Below, one piece after another: positions 31,517-35,322 of a DNA stretch of 35,322 nt. Where the stretch lies: the NCBI GenBank assembly GCA_947625365.1, contig CANQNZ010000001.1, positions 1-35,322 on the forward strand, in the 5' to 3' direction. Each line of letters begins with the position of its first letter. Position 1 is the stretch's first letter. Source of the DNA: an uncultured Bacilli bacterium (lineage in GTDB: Bacteria > Bacillota_I > Bacilli_A > RF39 > UBA660). The notes under the pieces are model-generated. The model worked only from the letters and a program-made list of their open reading frames with translations, did not search any database and was not told the DNA's origin. The translations under genes were made by a program, and so were the position numbers.

Positions 31517-32194
31517 ATGGAATTGGAGGTTAATAACCCGCTATATAAAAATCAGGGAATACATGTTATTTCTAGTATTTTTACAGTTTCTAATGGAGAA
31601 GTTAAAGTGCTTTTAATCAAAAGAAAAAATAATCCCTATAATAATATGTGGGCATTAGTAGGAGGCGCTTTATATAATAATGAAGAATTAGAAGCGGGCA
31701 TGAAAAGAGAAATAAAAGAAAAAAGCGGTATTGATAATATTGAACTTTATTTTTCTGGAGTTTTTGGTAAAGTACATCGCTCACCGGTGATGAGAATGGT
31801 GGCCACGTCTTTTATCGGTGTAATTGATAAAGATAAAGTAGAAGTTATGAAAGAAACTTTAAAAACATCAAATGCTGATTGGTTTTCAATTACAAACATT
31901 CCAAATCTTGCTTATGACCATAACGAAATACTTAATCAAGCTTTAGAAACTTTAAGAGAAAAAATAGGTTATACTGATATTTTAAAGTCGCTTTTTCCTA
32001 ATGGTTTTACCCTTCCGGAAGTGCAAAGAACTTACGAGATAATTTTAGGTAAAGAATTTGACCGAAGAAATTTTCGTAAGAAGCTTTTAAATTCGGGAAT
32101 GATAAGTGACACTAATAAAACAGTGGTTTTTAAGGGTAATAAACCGGCGAAACTTTATAAGTTTAATGCTATCCAAAATAAAAATGTATTTTAA
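31517..32194 (+). CDS. NrtR-like protein: N-terminal Nudix domain plus C-terminal winged-helix DNA-binding domain
   Basis: Slightly degenerate Nudix box GGALYNNEELEAGMKREIKEKSGI. The C-terminal segment FTLPEVQRTYEILGKEFDRRNFRKKLL is typical of the NrtR wHTH. The track ATG at 31478 lies inside the promoter -35 element. The start is ATG 31517 or TTG 31523, after AGGTGG. Confidence 0.7.
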   Translation: MELEVNNPLYKNQGIHVISSIFTVSNGEVKVLLIKRKNNPYNNMWALVGGALYNNEELEAGMKREIKEKSGIDNIELYFSGVFGKVHRSPVMRMVATSFIGVIDKDKVEVMKETLKTSNADWFSITNIPNLAYDHNEILNQALETLREKIGYTDILKSLFPNGFTLPEVQRTYEIILGKEFDRRNFRKKLLNSGMISDTNKTVVFKGNKPAKLYKFNAIQNKNVF

Positions 32195-32248
32195 GTACAT
32201 TTTTAAAAACATCTACTAAGCGTAAAAAATACACTTATGGAGGTTTAA

Positions 32249-33667
32249 ATGAAAAGTAAACAAACTTTAGGGGTAAAAAAGGTTGATACACATGCAGAAG
32301 AAAATTTTGAATTAGAAAAAAAGTATATTTTTAGCTCTGGTAATATTCAAGATAATTTTGACATTGTAGCTAAAACTTTACATTTAAAAAATCCTAAGCA
32401 AGTAGAAAATTATGACATATATTATGATTTTGAAGACACTTTAGAAGCTTTTAGAATAGCGGTACGAAAAAGAGAATGTGATGGTAAAACAGAGTGGACG
32501 ATTAAAAGACCTGTTTCAGATATAACTTCTGGTTCTAAACGATTTGAAAAAAATTTTTCTAGCGAAGATGATGTATTAAAGTTTCTAAAGGAGAATTTAA
32601 ATATTTCCATTAGTAAGTTAGAACCAAAAATAATTTTAAAAACAAATAGGACTAAATATATTAAAAAGTTAGAAAATGGAACATTGGAAATTTCTTTTGA
32701 CATTACTACTTTTGAAGCTAATAATCAAAACTATCCCGCTAATTATATGATAGAATGTGAACTTATTAGTGGTAATGAGCAAAGCTTAGAAGTTATTAAC
32801 GAAAAATTAGAAAAGTTGCCATTTATTAAACCATCTTTCCAATCAAAAAAAGAAATAGCTTTAGAAAAGGTAAATCTTTCGCAAGAAAAAGCGCAAAAAA
32901 ATATTGATGAAAATATAAAACGCTTTTTCATTACTTCGCCTGAGTATTATGAAAAACTTTTAATTCTTCATCATAAAAAAGAAGAGATTAAAGCTTTAAA
33001 AGAAAAGTATGGTCGTTTGGAAAAACCGATAATTGTTACAGTTAGTGGAACACCTCGTGCAGGTAAAACGACGTGTATAGATAATTTATTTGAATTTTTA
33101 AAAAAGGCTGATTTAGAAACAAAATGTTTAGATGAGCCAGCGGGAATTGTATATGCGACCTTAAAAAATAAAGCCGAAAAAGCTAAATTATTAGAAGACA
33201 GAGTAGGTTTTGTTGATACGCAGTATAAAATAGGGCAAGAATATATAAATAAAAATGCCCATAATGAAGTTATTTTATGCGATAGAGGAGTATTTGATAC
33301 TTTCATTTGGTATGATATGTATTATAATAAAGGTATGATGTCTAAAGAACGTTATGAGCAATTTTTAAAGCTAATGGAAACAGATGGTAATTTTATTAAT
33401 TATTTTTATGGATTATATTGTCAAGCTGATGAAGCAATGCGCCGTGATTATTTAAACTCTTTATCCATAGAGCCAAGAACAACAATGACCTATGATAATA
33501 TTTTTAGCTATAATGCTTCTTTAATGCGTATGCTTCCTTTGATTAAGCAAAAGGCATCTGTTTCAGAATTAATAAATACAACTAATATTGGGAGAATGGA
33601 TGCTTCTTATATGATTGCTGCTCAAGTTTTAGACGATGTGAAAAAAATTTACTCTAAAAGGATGTGA
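32249..33667 (+). CDS. Fusion protein: N-terminal CYTH (triphosphate tunnel metalloenzyme) domain plus C-terminal P-loop nucleoside/nucleotide-kinase-like domain
   Basis: ExExK signature FELEKKY near the N-terminus, with a beta-rich ~190-aa region. Walker A VSGTPRAGKTT, followed by LDEPAG and CDRGVFDTFIW, which resemble the dNK/dNMP-kinase motifs E-P and DR. GGAGG Shine-Dalgarno sequence. Confidence 0.6.
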   Translation: MKSKQTLGVKKVDTHAEENFELEKKYIFSSGNIQDNFDIVAKTLHLKNPKQVENYDIYYDFEDTLEAFRIAVRKRECDGKTEWTIKRPVSDITSGSKRFEKNFSSEDDVLKFLKENLNISISKLEPKIILKTNRTKYIKKLENGTLEISFDITTFEANNQNYPANYMIECELISGNEQSLEVINEKLEKLPFIKPSFQSKKEIALEKVNLSQEKAQKNIDENIKRFFITSPEYYEKLLILHHKKEEIKALKEKYGRLEKPIIVTVSGTPRAGKTTCIDNLFEFLKKADLETKCLDEPAGIVYATLKNKAEKAKLLEDRVGFVDTQYKIGQEYINKNAHNEVILCDRGVFDTFIWYDMYYNKGMMSKERYEQFLKLMETDGNFINYFYGLYCQADEAMRRDYLNSLSIEPRTTMTYDNIFSYNASLMRMLPLIKQKASVSELINTTNIGRMDASYMIAAQVLDDVKKIYSKRM

Positions 33668-34134
33668 TTACTTTGTATTTTGTACAAAAAATAAAAGATT
33701 TAATTAAAGATAATGAAACTATTATTTTTGTAGATATGGATGGTGTCATAGCCGAATATGGATTTAAAGAAAAGCTAGATTTTCGAGAAAAACGACCATT
33801 AAAAAGTAATATTGAAGTTTTAAAACAAATCGCTAAATTTCCAAATGTAACATTACATATTCTTTCTATCTGCCGCCAAGATAGTCAAATTGCTGATAAA
33901 AACTATTGGTTAGATATCCATGCGCCATTTTTTAAAGAACGAACTATTATATCTAAAGAAAGTTACCCTAATAAAGCATCTAAAGAGTTAAAATTAGCTT
34001 ACTTGCAAAAATTTAAACAAGAAAATCCTAATGTTAAGTTAATTTTGATTGATGATGATAATGGTGTTTTAAAATATATTTGGGAGAATTTAGAAGGAAT
34101 TAAATTAATTCAAGATTCTTCTTTAATAGATTAA
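33664..34134 (+). CDS. HAD-superfamily 5'(3')-deoxyribonucleotidase-like protein (NT5C family)
   Basis: HAD motif I FVDMDGVIAEY (DxDxV) and motif IV LIDDDNG. At 156 aa, the size and pattern fit NT5C/YorS-type nucleotidases. The GTG start overlaps the upstream TGA (GTGA). Confidence 0.65.
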   Translation: MITLYFVQKIKDLIKDNETIIFVDMDGVIAEYGFKEKLDFREKRPLKSNIEVLKQIAKFPNVTLHILSICRQDSQIADKNYWLDIHAPFFKERTIISKESYPNKASKELKLAYLQKFKQENPNVKLILIDDDNGVLKYIWENLEGIKLIQDSSLID

Positions 34135-34137
34135 AAT

Positions 34138-34175
34138 AAAAAAGGTATTAGAAAATTCAATTCTAGTACCTTTTA
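34138..34175. terminator. Bidirectional rho-independent terminator between convergent genes
   Basis: GGTATTAGAA-aattcaa-TTCTAGTACC forms a stem with one G-U pair. An A-run lies upstream and a T-run downstream. Confidence 0.7.
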
Positions 34176-35099
34176 TTAATTCATTTTTTGATATTTTCTT
34201 TCCATATAAACTTTACCAGTATTATAGGTTTGATTATTACTAAATTCCATAAAACTCATAAAGCATGGATAGAATAGATTAAAATTCTCTATTATCCCTG
34301 TACATTCTTGAAAAGTTGTTAAAGGACCATTAACTATTAATTTATCATTCCTATTTTTAAAGGTATTTCTTTCATTTTTTGGAAATAATTGTTTATTTGG
34401 AGCTATTAATCCTCTGGTTGAATTCCACATTTCATACAAAATAGGAGGAACGCAACCATTATGCATATGTCCTGATATTAAATAATTAAACTCTGATAAT
34501 TCTTGGGCTATTTTTTCATCAGTTAAACACACTGGTGAATGAATTAAAGCCAAATTTAATTTATCCTGAGGAAGGTTTGTTAATAGACCTTTTAAATTTT
34601 GTAATTCATTTAATAATTTATTACTATCTTCTTCTCTAGAGCCAGCAGGGTGATAATAAGCAAATGATTGGGTAATTCCTACAACATTTACATTCTCATC
34701 TTCATATTTAGCATTATTTAATAATCTAACATTATTTAAAGAATTAATGTTATCTAATAAATTTTGGTCTAGATAATATTCCCAATGACCATCACTATTT
34801 TTATAATAGTAATCATGGGAACCTAAAGAAATTAAAGTTTTACTAACATTGCCTAATTGCTCTAACCAATTTAGCAAGCGATTTCTTTCGCTTTCATCTT
34901 GTACTAAATTAGTATAGTCAATAATATCTCCTGGAAATAAGATATAATTTAAGTTTTCTTTCTTTAAATAATTTAAAATACTAGATAATTTTTTATCACT
35001 TATCTTATAACTAAAGTGTAAGTCACTTATAATGGCAAATTTTAAAGTGACTGGATTATTTCTATATATCTTATAATTAGTTGTATGAAATAATTTCAT
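34176..35099 (-). CDS. Calcineurin-like metallophosphoesterase
   Basis: Metallophosphoesterase motifs in the canonical order: ISDLHF (DxH), PGDIIDY (GDxxD), GSHD (GNHD-like), and GHMHNG (GHxH). AAGGGGGA Shine-Dalgarno sequence on the minus strand. Confidence 0.85.
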   Translation of the reverse strand: MKLFHTTNYKIYRNNPVTLKFAIISDLHFSYKISDKKLSSILNYLKKENLNYILFPGDIIDYTNLVQDESERNRLLNWLEQLGNVSKTLISLGSHDYYYKNSDGHWEYYLDQNLLDNINSLNNVRLLNNAKYEDENVNVVGITQSFAYYHPAGSREEDSNKLLNELQNLKGLLTNLPQDKLNLALIHSPVCLTDEKIAQELSEFNYLISGHMHNGCVPPILYEMWNSTRGLIAPNKQLFPKNERNTFKNRNDKLIVNGPLTTFQECTGIIENFNLFYPCFMSFMEFSNNQTYNTGKVYMERKYQKMN

Positions 35100-35246
35100 A
35101 AAAAATCCCCCTTTGTTTTTAATGACTTTTATACTATCATTTTTTTACTAAATTGTAAAGAGGTTATCTAAGTGAGATAGTTTTCTTATTTACTTATAAT
35201 TTATATTTAACTTTTATTAAATTAATGTTATAATACTTTTGTTGTT

Positions 35247-35322
35247 TGCCCCATAGCCAAGTGGTAAGGCATCAGGCTCTGAACCTGACATTCCGTTAGT
35301 TCGAATCTAACTGGGGCAGCCA
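35247..35322 (+). tRNA. tRNA-Gln (anticodon CUG), CCA-encoded, ending at the window edge
   Basis: Acceptor stem UGCCCCA/UGGGGCA plus GCCA. D arm GCC-AAGUGGUAA-GGC. Anticodon stem UCAGG/CCUGA with loop CU-CUG-AA. T arm GUUAG-UUCGAAU-CUAAC. It closely resembles Firmicutes tRNA-Gln. An extended -10 element TGTTATAAT lies upstream. Confidence 0.85.

Noticed and set aside
32422-33306. Three antisense ORFs inside the CYTH-kinase gene
   Set aside because: They are shadow ORFs with no ribosome-binding sites, and the sense strand carries recognisable motifs.

Overview
Low-GC (roughly 30%) chromosomal segment from a Firmicutes-type, probably spore-forming bacterium. It uses the standard genetic code: TAA, TAG and TGA all terminate genes here. 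Most genes lie on the + strand and are housekeeping: pyruvate:ferredoxin oxidoreductase, RecG, a MurJ/SpoVB-family flippase, TrmB, a T-box-controlled LeuS, Hsp20, a MacB-type ABC transporter, and a tRNA-Gln at the 3' edge. Lineage-specific envelope and surface proteins and several orphan ORFs sit between them. The most unusual region is 24.1-26.5 kb. It is a ~2.3 kb cassette with no recombinase, bracketed by 58-bp direct repeats (57/58 identical) that duplicate the 3' end of the upstream kinase-like gene. The cassette carries a tightly coupled three-gene module: an XRE repressor; a fusion of an ImmA/IrrE zinc protease (HEYCH) to a Fic AMPylase (HPFRDGNGRISR); and a protein made of eleven 24-nt YTGPGGGL repeats that is interrupted by one in-frame TAA. 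I propose this module as a candidate mobile defence or toxin-type system. Two further points stand out. LeuS carries a ~150-aa insertion with a perfect Nudix box. A promoter-defined operon encodes an NrtR-like Nudix/wHTH regulator, a CYTH plus P-loop kinase fusion, and a HAD 5'-nucleotidase. All family assignments come from motifs read by eye; no searches were run.
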